Source: Negaprion brevirostris
Lineage: Eukaryota
Reading direction: 5' to 3'
Assembly: GCA_030324005.1 (NCBI GenBank)
Contig: JARDVH010000169.1
Span: 13,298,574-13,362,573 of the forward strand
Length of the DNA: 64,000 nucleotides
In this document: positions 62,310 to 64,000 of the stretch, in pieces
Position numbering within the stretch: position 1 is the stretch's first letter
How the letters are laid out: each line of letters opens with the position of its first letter
The notes under the pieces: model-generated
Databases searched by the model: none
What the model saw: only the letters and a program-made list of their open reading frames with translations
What the model was told of the DNA's origin: nothing
Position numbers and translations under genes: made by a program

Positions 62310-63960
62310 TTAAGAATAAAAAAATTGGAGAAGTAGACCATACAAGACCCCACAACTCTGCTCTGCTCTTCAATATGGTCTGCCTCAACTCCACTTTCTT
62401 TTCCACTCCCCATATTCTGAGTCTAAAATTCACTGCCTGGGTTGGTAGTGGAGGCAGAGACACTAAACTGTTCAGGTATCTGAATCTGTGCTATAAGCTG
62501 CAGGGTTATGGGTGGTGTGCAGCAAGATAGGATTAGCAATGACACCTGGGTGTTTGTGGATCAGCATGGACAAGATGAACTGAGTGGCCCTTTCTGTGTT
62601 GTATCATTTCTAACGTTCTATATCCCTTGACGTCTAAGATACCAAAAATCTGTTGGTGATGTATTCACAATCCTCTTAGGTAGACGATTTCAAAGATTCG
62701 CAATCCTCTGGTGAAGAAAGTTCTCATCACAGCTCTAAATGATCACAGACCCCTTATCCTGAGGCTGTGCCCGTGTGTTCTAGATTCCCCAGAGAGGGGG
62801 AGGAGGGATTAGACCCCTCTATCTATGTTGTTAAACCCCTTCAGAGTCTTGTATGTTTCAACAAAATCACCTTTTATTCTTCTAAATTCCAGAGGCCCAA
62901 TTTGCTCAGTCTCTCACAATGGGGCAGCACAGCGGCACGGGGTTAGCACTGCTGCCTCACAGTGCCAGCGACCTGGGTTCAATTCTGGCCTCAGGTCACT
63001 GTCTGTGTGGAGTTTGCATATTCTCCCCATGTCTATGTTGGTTTCTTCCAGGAGCTCCAGTTTCCTGCCACAGTCCAAAGATCTGTGGACTAGGTTGATT
63101 GGTCATGGTAAAAATTGACCTTAGTGTCAGGGGGATTAGCAGGGTAAATATGTGGGGTTACGGGAATAGAACCTGGGTGGGATTGTGGTCAGTGCAGACT
63201 CGATGGGCTGAATGGTTCCTTCTGCACTGTAGGGATTCCCATCCTGGAACTAACTAAGTTATCCTTCACTGTCACTGTTCCAATTTAAGCACTGTCTTCC
63301 TTAAATATGGAAATCAATATTTTGCATAGTCCTCCATAGTTGGTGATCTCATCAAAGCCTTATACAACTGTAGGGAAACTTTGTTAATCCAATCTCCTTG
63401 TGAAATCGGCCAACATTTCAGCTGTCTTTCTAATTGCTTGCTGTATCTGCATGTTGACTTCAGGCTTTTTGTACAAGTAAACCAAGTCCAAACATCAACA
63501 TTTTAAAAATTTTGTACTTTTAAAATTATTCTGCTTTTCTGCAACCTTGTTGCTCAGTTAAACTGTACATATCTCTTTGCGCTCTGTGTCCTCTTCACAG
63601 CTGACTCACACAACACACTACAGTCTATATTAATGATTTAAATAAAAAGGCTGAGTGTAAATAACAGACTCCAATGCTGCTCCTTGCAGCATTCCACTAC
63701 ATACAGCCTAAGTTGACAATGCCTCCTTTATCTCTACTCTTTGCATTCTGTCCATTAACCTAATCTGCAGTGATTTTAATCTATTATCCCCAACCCTTAT
63801 CTTTTGTGTGGCATTCCTCACATGCTTTTCAGAAATTTAAGAACTCTACATCTACTGATTCCCCTTTATCTACCCTTCTTGTTCCATTCTCAAAATAAAT
63901 TAATATCTATGTCAAATACAATTTAATATTCATAAAACTATGTTGGCTCCATCTGATCTT
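62310..63960 (-). mobile_element. Fragmented CR1 LINE with nested insertions
   Basis: CR1 tail at about 62315-62420, TTCTTCTAAATTCCAG, CATCTACTGATTCCCCTTTATC and TTCATAAAACTATGTTG remnants. Confidence 0.7.
62921..63238 (+). mobile_element. HE1-type SINE, tail A
   Basis: Complete head, V-domain and CR1-type tail, inserted in the CR1. Confidence 0.9.
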
Positions 63961-64000
63961 ATGGAGTACTGAAACTCAGACAGGTTTCGCTGTTCACTGG

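Larger units (their letters stand above)
33431..64000 (-). other. KCNMA1: KCNMA1 intron upstream of the exon (intron 1 equivalent, partial)
   Basis: No exon-1 (S0) coding sequence or CpG island seen; repeat-rich; vertebrate KCNMA1 intron 1 is very large. Confidence 0.7.

Noticed and set aside
1-64000. CRISPR array, operon or other prokaryotic system
   Set aside because: Vertebrate intronic DNA; no repeat-spacer array and no intact long ORFs.

Overview
Eukaryotic DNA from a cartilaginous fish, most likely a shark, inferred from the HE1/V-SINE, DeuSINE and CR1 repeat content. It comes from a draft assembly with nine N gaps. The only host coding sequence I can support is a 165-bp minus-strand exon (33266-33430) of KCNMA1 (Slo1/BK channel alpha subunit; S0-S1 linker into S1, equivalent to mammalian exon 2). 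The rest of the window appears to be its two large flanking introns. These are filled with old transposon relics: HE1-type SINEs with two different 3' tails, DeuSINEs, a third tRNA-SINE family, CR1/L2/Rex1 LINE fragments, a decayed Gypsy LTR element split by nested insertions, Harbinger-like MITEs and Penelope-type fold-back elements. The best leads are (1) Penelope-derived hairpin elements carrying minimal hammerhead ribozyme motifs, one with an intact core on the KCNMA1 sense strand; (2) an HE1 SINE subfamily whose tail matches a Rex1-type LINE end instead of CR1, suggesting a partner switch; (3) a 184-bp local templated insertion inside a CR1 tail; and (4) inverted SINEs bracketing the BK exon. 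All family names come from motif recognition by eye, not database searches, and repeat boundaries are approximate.
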